Shown piece after piece: positions 25,301 to 36,599 of a stretch of DNA of 63,894 bases. The stretch lies in contig JAUZTB010000017.1 in the NCBI GenBank assembly GCA_034780895.1, forward strand, positions 27,235,877 to 27,299,770, in the 5' to 3' direction. Position 1 is the first letter of the stretch. Each line of letters begins with the position of its first letter. The notes below the pieces were generated by a model, which was not told the DNA's origin, did no database searches, and worked only from the letters and a program-made list of their open reading frames with translations. The DNA comes from Rhynchobatus australiae. Lineage: Eukaryota. The position numbers were made by a program, and so were the translations under genes.

Positions 25301-26262
25301 AAAAAAGGTGGGTTTTTATGTTAAATGAACCATTTCATTGGAGCAAAGAATGAAATTATTACGACATTCTAATAACCGTATGACTGTGCTTTAGCTTTGA
25401 ACTCTTTGAAATTGCACACTATTGTAGATCTATCATTTTTGGTATTTTTTATTCTCTTAATTTTACTCTGCCATGATATTTTCACTTTTGTTGTTGGTTT
25501 TCTGTGTCACTTACCAACCCTCATGTACAAGGTACCTGTTGATCACTTCTCTGACTTTTAATAACAGGAAGATCCATGAAAGTTGAGGCAAAAATTACCC
25601 CAATGTTTCTCTTTTTGCTGTGGCTTCTACCAATAGCTTTTCTGACAATGCCTTGAGAATTTTGTTATAAAGACATTTTGCTGTTGGCATACTGATGGCT
25701 CTTTTTGTAGGTCTCATTTTGTTGGATAATCCTTCCTGGCTCCATGTTATTTCTTAAAACAGACAGGCAGATGTGTTAACATGAATAATTTGTTTTAAAA
25801 TCCTTAAATAGCACAGCTCTGTTTAAGATTAGTCTTGCTGTAGTCAGGCTTTTTGAAATATTGCTGTTCCACAGGAAAATCAAAAAGTTGTTAATCCAGT
25901 TGTGTTGTAAATGCGGGTTTTGATACAAGGGTTATTTCAATTGTGTACTTTTATAGGCAATAGGAACACGGATTGTGATTTCAACTCCGTATATCTCTGC
26001 CATCTGGAGAGCCATCTGCAGAATTTCCTTTTCTTAACGAGCCACTTGACAAATTCTTATGGAAGCCTAATAAGTGGAGAGGCCATTGGAAGGGGTGGCA
26101 TACCAAGGGAACATGAGCTGTCAACAAATCCCCAGCACTTGGGAATAATGTAAGTTCAGATGGATTTTGACAGAAATGTGAAACTGAGGCAAAGACACTT
26201 ACTCACCGTTGAGCAGTTGCTATCAAGGATATTCAAACAGGCCCTGTTTTCAGTTTGGAGGC

Positions 26263-26810
26263 ACCCAGGAATAGTCACCTCTCCCTACACCAGGAATGGC
26301 AGACTCTCCTACACCGGGAAGAGTGACCATTCCCTGTTCCACAGACAGAGGATTTCTCACTGCACCTGATGTGGTGACTTCTTGCTATCCCAAGATGGTA
26401 TACACTCAAGGTCTTGGGGATAGTGACTCTTCCACTCTGCTAAGAATTGTGACCACTCCCTAACCCAGCGATGGCGACCTTTCCATTTCCCAGTCATGGT
26501 AGCCTCTCCTTAACGAGGGAATGGTGACCTTTCCCCATCCCACTGATGTTGACCTCTTCCTATCCTGGGAGTGGTGGTGATCTCTCTCCACCTGCTAATG
26601 GTAACCTCTCTCTATTTCAGGGATGATAAGCTATCATTGTGCCAGTGAATGTGGACTCAAACTATGCCAAGGATATTGAGCTTTCCTACCACAGGAATTG
26701 TGATCACTAGCTCCCCTTAAGATGGTGACCTCTGCTTATCCTGGGGTCAGTGATCCTTTCTTATTTCTGGAATGGTGACCTCACCTTTTCCAGATATGGT
26801 GATCTCATGA
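26263..26810. repeat. degenerate minisatellite (about 22-bp unit, consensus near ccagggatggtgacctctccct)
   Basis: Repeated (a)tggtgacc(t)(c)tccc motifs spaced about 21-23 bp apart. Confidence 0.75.
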
Positions 26811-27501
26811 CATTCTGTGCAATTGAATCTGTGAAAGTTTCATGAACTTCCTGTTCCCTTTACTGAGATCAGTTCCTTCTACAGAGACTTCTATAGGAAT
26901 CATGGATGGGAAGAATGAAAAGAATCAAAAGTAGCCAACTGCACCCAAGCTAAAGTCATTCTCTATGGTAGATGAGGCCAGGAGGTCAGGGGGAGTAATA
27001 AAGTTTCCCAATAATGCTACTCCAGTGAGGTCGTGTGTTAAGAATTGTTGGCATGAGTAGTGATGATGTTTCTCCACGCTGGGGTGTAGATCGTTAGAGA
27101 AAACCCTGCCTCCCATGTTTTTGTTTTGTTTCAATCTCCTCCATTTTTAAATTCTGCATTTATATTGGTACCTAATCAGTTTATGCTATCAGTAGTCTGG
27201 ATAATGCAGTTTTATCTTCTTGTCCATAAAGCAAAATTAACCTGCTAATGGAAGTCTCAGTATGCCCTCAAGTAGAGTTCCTACTTAAGATGTTTGTTGA
27301 GTTTCATGGTACATGTGAGGCTAATCATTATCTAACAAAAAAATTAAATGACAAGACCAAAGCCCATTGTCTGCAGTTCTAACAATCTGTTGGATGTGAC
27401 AGCTTAAAGGCTTGTGTGTGATTTAAAAAAAAGATAAAGGATCCCATTTGGTGAAGGAAATTCACTCTGATTAGTTTGGAGATCTATGTGTTCCTGTGGC
27501 A

Positions 27502-27539
27502 TTGTGGAGTGAAGGGTGAGCTTGTGGAGTGAAGGGTGA
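27502..27539. repeat. 18-bp tandem duplication
   Basis: ttgtggagtgaagggtga at 27502-27519 and 27522-27539. Confidence 0.9.
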
Positions 27540-27932
27540 TGTGGATTGAAATTACCGACTAGATCACTAAAACACAAAAAAAAGTAGCAGTAGGCTCCTC
27601 AACCTGCCCTGTCATTCAGTTTGATCATTACAGATCTACTCAAGGCCTCAACTCCTCCTCTGAGAAGATCCCCTTTGCCGAAGTCCTAACTTCATTTTCA
27701 ATGAGCCAAGGTAAAAACTGACAAAGAGACCTTGACACCTGCCCAGGGTATTGCTACTGGAGTGCCTTGGAGCAGGATTCTAGGGGCAACCAGCTACCCT
27801 GCCCCCCAACCCCACTTCATCAATTGCCTCTCATTATGTGGTTAGAGGTTCACAGACAGTTGCTAAGATCACAGATGCTGAAAGAANNNNNNNNNNNNNN
27901 NNNNNNNNNNNNNNNNNNNNNNNNNNNNNNNN

Positions 27933-27971
<39 letters not shown>
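27933..27971. repeat. (AT)n microsatellite
   Basis: Direct reading; abuts an N gap. Confidence 0.95.
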
Positions 27972-27973
<2 letters not shown>

Positions 27974-27979
27974 TAATGT

Positions 27980-28790
27980 CTACTTCCTTGGCATTCAATG
28001 GTACAAGCAGCAAACCAACTACTGCCGTCACCATTCCATAAACGTAACTGAAACAACCACTAGTACCATAGCTATCAGAGCAGGGGCGAGGCTTGGAATT
28101 CTGTGATGACTGCTTACCTCCTGACTCACCAGAGTCTTTCCATTGCTCATGAGCCACAGATCTCCACTTATCTCTACAAATATGGTTCTAGCAACACTTA
28201 AGCAGCTCAACAACGTTCCGGAAAAAGTAGTTTACTTGAATCCATCATTTCCCTCCACCACTGGGACACCGTGGCTGCAGTGTGTACCGGTTACAAGAAA
28301 CTCAAGCAAGGCTTGTTGACAGCACATCCTAAACTGACTTTGACCATGCAGAAGGGTAAGGGCGGCAGGAGATGGGAACGTCACCATCTGCAGTGACTGC
28401 TTCACGCCACACAATGTCCTGACTGGTAAACAACTGCTGTTTCTTCGTCATCACTGCTGAGACTTCTGGAATTCTTTGCTCTCACAAACTATCTCGTTAT
28501 GACCTTGCACCTTATTGTCTACTTGCACTACACTTCCTCTGTAGTTGTTACTTTATTCTGAACTCTATTATTATTTTACCTTGAACTACTTTGATGCACT
28601 GTGCAATGAATTGATCTGTATGAATGCTATGAAAGGCACTGTACCTCGGTACATGTGACAATAATAAACAAATTCCAATTCCAGTAGAACAACACAGTGG
28701 AAATACCTTCACCACTAGGATTGCAGCAGTTCAAGGAACTGGTTCACCATTGCCTACTCAAGGGCACTTGGGGAGGGCAGTATAAATTAC
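27980..28790 (+). mobile_element. L2/CR1-clade LINE 3' fragment interrupted by a Rex1-type tail
   Basis: ttggcattcaatgg...cctcctgactcaccagagtc...ccctccaccactgggacaccgtggctgcagtgtgtacc...ttctggaattc, resuming aacaacacagtgg...gcagcagttcaagg...tcaagggca. Collinear with the reverse complement of 62285-62920. Confidence 0.7.
28490..28684 (+). mobile_element. Rex1/Babar-type LINE 3' UTR
   Basis: gaccttgcaccttattgtctacttgcac...cactgtacctcggtacatgtgacaataataaacaaattccaattcc. Confidence 0.65.
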
Positions 28791-28800
28791 TTATGTCAGT

Positions 28801-28985
28801 GAAAGTAAAACAGAAATATTTCAAGAACTCAGTCAGTCAAGCAGCACCTGGAGAAAGAAACTAGTTAACATTTCAGCTCAGTAACTCTTCCTCAGAACTT
28901 GTTATTGACTAAGAAAAGGTCATTGGCCTGAAACTTTAACTGGTTTCTTTTCCACAGATGCTGCTTGACTGGCTGAGTGCTTATA
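28801..28985. mobile_element. palindromic Penelope-derived mini-element with two opposing hammerhead cores
   Basis: Arms actcagtcagtcaagcagca / tgctgcttgactggctgagt. Minus-strand core (28862-28899): agtt CTGAGGA agagttactgagct GAAA tg TT aact. The plus-strand core ctaagaaaaggtcattggcctgaaactttaac is mutated. Confidence 0.75.
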
Positions 28986-29924
28986 ACCAATCAAAAAATA
29001 TGATAATGATGTACTTATTTGTATAAATAGAATCTTGTCATGGTAAATGGGCCTTCAATATAAAGAATTGTTTTGCAGTTATATGTTGACACAAAACAAA
29101 ATAATAACTCATAAGACAGGCAGTGATACTATTGAATAGGACATATGCAGCATGCATTTAGTTTTAAATACTATATTGATGCTGCTAAATCATATGTTAT
29201 TTTTAATTAATTTCCAAATTAAATCGAGTTACTCTATTACAACTTCTGGAATCCTGTTTAAGAGAACAGTTTATAGATCTCTCATCATCTATATTTGAAA
29301 TGTGTCCCTCAGCCTCATTTATAATTAATATAACTATTACTGCATTCATCCATTAGTTAGTATCACAGTTTGCATGTCTTCATGGAGCAAATATAAGATG
29401 GAGATGAATTTCTGTGAAGAGTCTTGACTGATGGAGCCAAAGGCTTTGGTAAGGCCATAAAAATCTATGTTTAGTGGCTGGAGCTACTCCCTGCAATACT
29501 CTTGGAGTTGGTACATGGTGAAGATCATACCCACCGTGCCTTAAGGTGAACGGGATCTACACTGTGGTTTGGCCAATGGGAGGAGATGGGTTCAGAAGGA
29601 CCCTGTCGATGATTTTCCCTGTGACAGACAGCAAGAAGACTTGTCTGCAATTGCTACAGTCATATTTGTCTTTTTTCTCGTAGATGGTCACAGTATGTAT
29701 ATCCTCTTCTTTCTAGTTATGGACAAGGAGATGGTGGTTTTGTGATTGAAACCCCTCAGCACCGAGTTTTAGGATTTTATTGGAGATACCATGTTCTCCC
29801 AATGCCGTGTTATTTTTGAGTTGGCATATGACTTTCTCAACACCTTGTTGGTCAGGGGTGGAAACAAGATTGGCCCAAATGGGTTGCTGCTGGATGGAGT
29901 CAAGGACAGAGTTGAGGTTCAGTA

Positions 29925-30553
29925 GGAAAAGGAGATTTGAAGATCAAGACCTCAGAACTGGCACACAACCTATGTGTCTCATGGGCAGCAGTGACTTCTG
30001 CCCTCCAATTGATTCTGAAACCTGGACAACCTACAGCAGCCACCTCAAGGCACTGGAAAAATACCATCAATGGTGTTTCTTCAAAATCTTCCAAATTTAC
30101 TGGTACCAAGGTCAGCATCCTTTCCCAGGTTAACAAGCCCAGTAATGAGGATTCAATCAGCTTAGCTGAGCAGGCTACATCATTTGGATGTCCTGAAACA
30201 GACACTATATTCTGAGCTTTGTCAAGGGAAGCGATTGCCAGGCAGACATAAGAAAAGATTCAAGGATATGCTCAAAGCCTTTTTGAAAAAATTGCCACTG
30301 ACTCCTGGTTCATGACCAATCAGAGTGGAATAGGGACATTCAAGGTGGTATTGAGAATGCATCAGGAGCACGCAGAAGCCCTGCTTAAGCAGCAGAAGGA
30401 GTGCACCACCTGACAAAATACCCACCTGACCCATTGGCCTCTTTTTGCCCCATCTTTGGAATAGTCCACATTGGCATCATTGGCCATATCAGAACCCTCA
30501 AAACCTTAGTGGAAGAAAGTCATCTTTTATCCTGAGAGACTACCTGGAAAGAA
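29925..30553 (+). mobile_element. RTE-clade LINE 3' fragment
   Basis: Encodes FEDQDLRTGT...SETWTTYSSHLKALEKYHQWCFFKIFQIYW and LCQGKRLPGRHKKRFKDMLKA (RTE ORF C-terminus), with an RTE-type tail gtggaagaaagtcatcttttatcctgagagactacc. Confidence 0.85.
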
Positions 30554-30589
30554 TATTTCTTGAATAATTTCTAGCTTTAATGAAGAATA

Positions 30590-31061
30590 CAGAGGGTTCC
30601 CAAGTTATGGAAGACATGATTTACAGAAATCCGACTTTACGCAAGTTCTCTCAGGTGTACATTTTGCAGCAAATTCTCCTGTGAATACATACAAACAAAC
30701 AAGGTCTCTGTGAAAACAAACCTGTCAATTGTACTTGATCATGGGCACTTGGCATAGTCTGTTTGAGGCCTTAACATTGAATAGTTTATGCTGAAAATAT
30801 CTGTATGGGCAAACATTCAAGTGTTTAAACTATGGTTTGATTAAGAAGAGATGTCTTGGAATTTTGTTGCCTTTGCAGGTGCTCTATTTCTTTTTTGACC
30901 ATATCTGCAGTGACTGGCTGCAAATGAATTAACTCCTGTTGTTATTTCTGTTGCCCACTTGTTTTCTTTTATTGAGGAATTGTTTATTTCTGACATGGAA
31001 AAGTCAGTTTATGGAGAGTTCTCAGGAATGGAATCTTTGCTTAACTTGAGGAATGTTTGTG
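30590..31061. mobile_element. Tc1/mariner-pogo (Tigger-like) MITE candidate
   Basis: TA|cagagggttcccaagtta ... taacttgaggaatgtttgtg|TA: imperfect TIRs flanked by TA dinucleotides. Confidence 0.5.
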
Positions 31062-31835
31062 TATGGCTTATTGAATAATACATGAGTTTAAATAGTTTGT
31101 AAAGGCACAGCAGAACACGGAACAATATGGCAGGAGGAGCATACAATCTGTTTTATATCAGAAAACATTCTCTCACGTTTGGCTTATTTGTTGGAAAGGC
31201 TGGGATCTTTGCCGATCAGGACACATGAAGTCAAAAGGGAATGAGCAATCACGTTGGGTGCACAAAATTTTTTTGCTCCTGTTGCTGTTTGAGGCCTTAA
31301 CACTTAATAACAAACAATTGATCCTAATTCCCACAGGAAACAGTCTCTGCATCATCTTTGAGTAACAGTCTTTGAATATATTTATCTTTGAATATATTCT
31401 CAACCTTCCTGCTATCTGCTTCAATTGGTAATGCATAAAATCAGATTTTAAGATTATGTTCTCAACAGCTTTATAAAGCGATGCAATCTGATTTCCTGCT
31501 CAGCTGGATTTTTTACTTCTTCCTGTCTGGAAATGATCTTTTTCTGCTCAGAATTCCAGTATGCCCTAGTTATGAAAAAGTCAGATGAGGCATGACCAAG
31601 GGCTGAGAAATTGAGTGATGAAATCAGTTCGTCAATAGCATCATTATTTGAACATTGTTCACTGGCCAAGCTGTTCAATACAAATTATGTAATAAAGGCC
31701 AACCTCAAGAAGCGTACATAACTTCTTTAAATTTACTAAGTATTTTCTCTGAAACCAAAATGGATTCGGACCTAATCTCTTCTTAATAATTGTTAATATC
31801 AACAAATGACTAAGGAGTGGAAACCTCTTTAGACC

Positions 31836-33330
31836 ATAAGGCACACGAAATAGAAACCGCAGTAGGCCAGTTGGCCCCTCGATCCAGATCTCTGTTGAAT
31901 AAAATTACGCCTGATCCAATTTTACTCAAGTTCTTTTACTTGCCCTATCGCAGTAACTCTTGGTACCCTTTCCAATTAAAAATCTATTTCAGCTTTGAAT
32001 ATATTCCTATCCCAGCCCCTGTGCCAGCTTCCTGTGCAAATAATTCCAAAGATTCGCAACCCTTTGAGGGAAGAAATTGTTCCTCATCGCCGTCTTTAAA
32101 TGGGTATCCCTTTATTCTGAGACAGTGCTTTCTGGTCCCAGACCCTCCTATGAGGAGGGCACACCCTCCCAGCCGTTACCCTGTCAGGTCCCCCAAGAAT
32201 CTTCAGTAAGATCCTCTCACAATCTTCTAAACTCAAATGAGACCCAACCTGTACAACCTTTCTTTATCGTACAGACCCTCCGAATTACCTCCAATGTTAA
32301 TATATCTTTCCTTAAATAGTGGAACCAAAACTAGGGTAACTAGTGATTTGTACGGATGTAGTGGTACTTTCCTGCTTTAATACTCTAAGCCTCTAGAAAT
32401 AAAAGCCAGCTTTGCAGTAGTTTTCTTGATTACCTGCTGCACCTTTATGTTAGCTCTCTGCTTTATGTATAAGAACCCCCAAATCCTTCCACACTGCAGC
32501 TTTCCACAATCTTTCCCTATTTAAATAATCACCTGCTTTATCATTCTTCCTTCCAAAGTGAACCACTTCATATTCTCTGACATTGTACTCCATTTGTCAG
32601 CATTCTGCCAACTCTCTTAACCCATCAATACCTCTTTGTAAACTGCTTGTATCCTTCTCACAGCATGTCTCCTGTCCACACCGCTCTTCTGCATCACACA
32701 AAAATTTAGGTCCTGTACACTTCCTTCCTGTAAATTATGAATGTATATTGTGAACAGTTGCAGCCCCAGCAATGATCCCTGCAATACCTCACTGGTTACA
32801 TGATGCCAACCTAAAAATGAACCCCTTTTCCCTTATCGCTGTTTCCTGCTGGTTAGCCAATATGCTATCTATGCTAATATATCACCTCTAACACACCTTC
32901 TGTGTGGCACCTTGTTGAAGACCTTTTGAAAATCCAAATATATCACATCTAGTGATTCCCTCTAACCACTGGCAGATGCTTCCTCAGAGAACTCGAGTAA
33001 ATAGGACAAATATGATTCCCCCTTTGTGAAGCCATGCTGACTTGATCAGATTAGGACTTTCCAAATGTTCTGCTGTTACTTGTGTAATAATTTATTGCAC
33101 CATTTTTTGCAACGACAAACATTTATCTAACCAGCCTATACTTACCCACATTTTACCTCCCACACTTTTTGAATAAGGTCATTACATAGGCTATTTTTCA
33201 ATCCTGAAGCAGTCTCCAGAACCTAAGGAATTTTGAAAGATTACAACCAATGCTCTGTCTCTGTAACTGCTAGAATCTAGAATGCAAACCATCATGTCCA
33301 GGACACTTTTCAGCTTTTAGACAGTTAGCT
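31836..33330 (-). mobile_element. CR1/HER1-like LINE, 5'-truncated, decayed reverse transcriptase
   Basis: The minus strand encodes SQHGFTKGES (about 33014-33043), DVIYLDFQKVF (about 32918-32949) and VTSEVLQGSLLG (about 32763-32800). CR1 3' tail at 31836-31920. Confidence 0.9.
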
Positions 33331-34194
33331 TGCCTAATACTGATTCTGTAGTGATGGCGGTGGTATTTGATTGCTTCCCTTCAATCTGAATAAGGGAATA
33401 CGTTACACTTTCTTTTCTTTTGGCTTGCCCTTGAACTGGGATGTGTGTAAAGTGGGAAGGTCACAAAGGGTCAAGCTTCCCATCCCCCACCCAAAAGATG
33501 TGAGTCTATCAGTGCACCTGCAAATGTTTGCTACATTACATTAAGGAAATCTAACCATGATCCTTCAAAAGACAACAAATTTAAGACTTTGCACTCACCT
33601 TATCTCAGAAAAAAAATAGGTCTGAAAATGGCACCTACTTACTGATGGCTTTCCCTAACCTATGGCTCTCAAACACATTATCAACAATGTGAAAAGCACT
33701 TTGCAGCAAGTTAGCCTACCAATTGCCCATTCTGAAAGACTAACTGGTAAAGCAAATGTTGTAAGTTACATATTCTCCAATGCAATTGCTTTACATCACA
33801 AGAGATCAATTGTTTTATGAATACAGCCCTCAAAACAGACAGACAAATTACTGGGTATGTGGATTTGTGAACTCTGTGTGCAGATGTGTTGTATAGAAAT
33901 TTTCAGATATTTGTGATGCTGTTTATCTGCTGGCCCACAAGACTTGCTTAGAATTCTAGTTAGTTTGCTCATCTGCCCTGAAGACTTACATGGTGAAATT
34001 TAATACTTTGATTGTGTCTTCCACTTCTCTTGTTGTTTATGTAAGAAGCTAGTTCATGATTCATAAGTTTATTTTCTCTCCTCCTTATTCAAAATATTTA
34101 TTTTTTGAGCAATGTGGGCAGTTGTGAAAGAAACACTTCTATTCCTTCCTTCCAAGAATGAGCTCGTCTTCCTTGTCTAAGCTGTCAGTGTTGA

Positions 34195-35665
34195 TACAAT
34201 ACACAAGAAGTGCGAGAGGAACTCTGCAGGTCAGGCAGCATCCATGGAGGGCAGAAGCCAGAATAAGAAGGAGGGGAGAGGGAGAGGAGGTAACTGTGGG
34301 AGTCTGTGGATTTGTAGAATGTTTCTCTACAAACCCACTGACTCCCACAGTTGCCTTGACTACACCTCTTCCCATCCTGTCACTTGGAAGGATGCCATCC
34401 CCTTCTCCCAGTTACTCCGCCACATCTGCTCCCATGATAAGGCTTTCCATTCTAGGACATCAGAGATGTCCTCCTTGTTCCGTAACCTGGGTTTCCCTTC
34501 CATCACCATCGATGCTGCTCTTACCCATATCTCCTCCACTTCCCGCACATCTGCCTTCACCCCCACCCCCCGACACAACAGGGACAGGGTTCCCCGTGTC
34601 CTCACCTACCATGAGCCTCCATCTTCCACACCTCAATCTCCACAACTTCCACCACCTCCAACGGGATCCTACCACCAGGCACATCTTCCGCTCACCCCTT
34701 CTATCCGCTTTCTGTAGGGATCCCTCTCTCTCTGCGACTTCCTTGTCCACTCGCCCCTCCCTCCTGATAACCCCCTGGCACTTATGCCTGCAACCGCACC
34801 AAGTGCTACACCTCCCTCACCACCATTCAGGGTCCCAGGCAATCCTTCTAGGTGAGGCAGCGCTTCACCTGTGAGTCCAAGGGTGTCATTTATTGCATCC
34901 AGTGCTCGCGGTGCAGCCTCCTGTACATCGGTGAGACCTGACGCAGATTGGGTGACCGCTTCGTCAAGCACCTTCGGTCCGTCCGCCGCAACAGCTGGGA
35001 CCTCCCGGTGGCCACTCATTTCAATTCCATATCCCACTCCCATACTGAGATGTCTATCCATGGCCTGCTCTATTGCCACGTTGAGGCCAGATGCAGGTTG
35101 GAGGAACAACACCTCATATTCCGCCCTGGGAATCTCTAACCTGACGGCCTCGACATCGATTTCTCTAACTTCCGGTAAACTTCATCCCTTCTTTTTCTAC
35201 TGCGGGGGGGNNNNNNNNNNCCGCCCCACCCCACTCCTTTGTCTTCCCTCATCCCTATGGCTCCCTTTCCCCACCTTGATGACCTGCCCATCTCCTCTCC
35301 TCCCCTCCCCCATCTTTTATTCCACAGTCCGCTGCCCTCTCCTACCGGATTCCTTCTTCTTCAGCCCTTTGCCTCTTCTACCTATCCCCTCTCAGCTTAT
35401 TACATCTTCTCCCCCTCCCCCACCCACCTACCTTTCCCCCTTACCTGGACTCGCCTATCACCTGAACTCACCTATCCCCTGCCTGCGTGTGCTCCTCCTC
35501 CTCCCCCCANNNNNNNNNNNNNNNNNNNNNNNNNNNNNNNNNNNNNNNNNNNNNNNNNNNNNNNNNNNNNNNNNNNNNNNNNNNNNNNNNNNNNNNNNNN
35601 NNNNNNNNNNNNNNNNNNNNNNNNNNNNNNNNNNNNNNNNNNNNNNNNNNNNNNNNNNNNNTTTG
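34195..35665 (+). mobile_element. Penelope-like retroelement, 5'-truncated, with inverted head and 12-bp TSD
   Basis: RT C-terminus, linker and GIY-YIG endonuclease, then a pyrimidine-rich 3' UTR. An inverted copy of the element tail sits at 34195-34290. tgtcagtgttga is repeated at 34183-34194 and 35666-35677. Confidence 0.9.
34326..35178 (+). pseudogene. disrupted Penelope RT-thumb/linker plus GIY-YIG endonuclease ORF
   Basis: YKPTDSHSCLDYTSSHP...DRVPRVLTYH; Cys-rich linker GTYACNRTKCY; FTCESKGVIYCIQCSRCSLLYIGET*RRLGDRFVKHL...PVATHF...EEQHLIF...DFSNFR*. Contains in-frame stops and frameshifts. Confidence 0.9.
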
Positions 35666-36089
35666 TGTCAGTGTTGAAAGAAATGTTTCCCACTAACAGC
35701 TCTCTTGGAAAGCAGAACTGGATTGTGGCCTCTTGCCATGGTCTGAGCTGAGCTGACTGGTTGACTGTGCCGGCAGGGTCCAAAGATTAATGCACCTACA
35801 TAATTTTCATCTAATTTCCATTGATGTGCATGGTTCATTGCATCTGTGCATTGGGAACATAGTAGCCACATCTGTTGACAAAGTTAAGGAGGCTGACTAT
35901 GGCAGATCACTAAACATTATTGTTCCTATACACTGCATGCTTCAGTAAGCAAAATCATAAAACTCACTGCTTCCTTTCTGTTCAAGCAAACTCAATTGAT
36001 TCCTGATTTTCCACATGATGCTCAAAGTCATTACACGCTTCACTTTATTCTTGTGTCATCCAGAACACAATGGGTTTCCCTCTTACACT

Positions 36090-36197
36090 TACATCAGAGT
36101 GTTGTGGGCTAAAGTCTCATTCCAAAGTCTTGAGCGCAAAAGTCAAGGCTTGCACTTCCAATGCAATGCTGACGGAGTGTTGTATTGTTAAAGGAGC
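36090..36197 (+). mobile_element. DeuSINE head fragment
   Basis: gttgtgggctaaagtctcattccaaagtcttgagcgcaaaagtcaaggcttgcacttccaatgcaatgctgacggagtg, homologous to 19785-19870. Confidence 0.55.
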
Positions 36198-36599
36198 ATT
36201 AGTTTAAAGTATTCAAATGATGGATTAGAAGAGGTTGAGGATTTTTTTAAACTCAAACTTGATAGGGCTATGGTCGGAGAGTTAGAATGTGCAGTCTCAA
36301 TTGCTCTTTCTTGATCAATATGGATCTGTTGGGACTAAAGGTCTCCTTTTCAACTGTAACTTACCACCTGGAACTCGCCAGCACTAGAAGCTGTTGAGGC
36401 ATATAGAAACTTTAAAGAGCAAACTAGACTTTCATGGCTAACAAGGTTTATCTGCCAACAATATGCCTGTTGAAATTCAGTATATATCCCATAAACAAGT
36501 ATGCTCCATGCATAAAGTCATAGCGATCCCACTGTGGTAAATCCAGCAGATAGAAACAATGTTTCCACTTCTTGGACCACTTTGGAAGACCCTCACACT

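Noticed and set aside
26263-26810. Regularly spaced repeats as a CRISPR array
   Set aside because: Vertebrate context, degenerate adjacent units with no unique spacers, and no cas genes.
34158-35677. 238-aa and 268-aa Pro/Ser-rich ORFs
   Set aside because: They are alternative frames of the C-rich Penelope element and its UTR or gap, not host genes.
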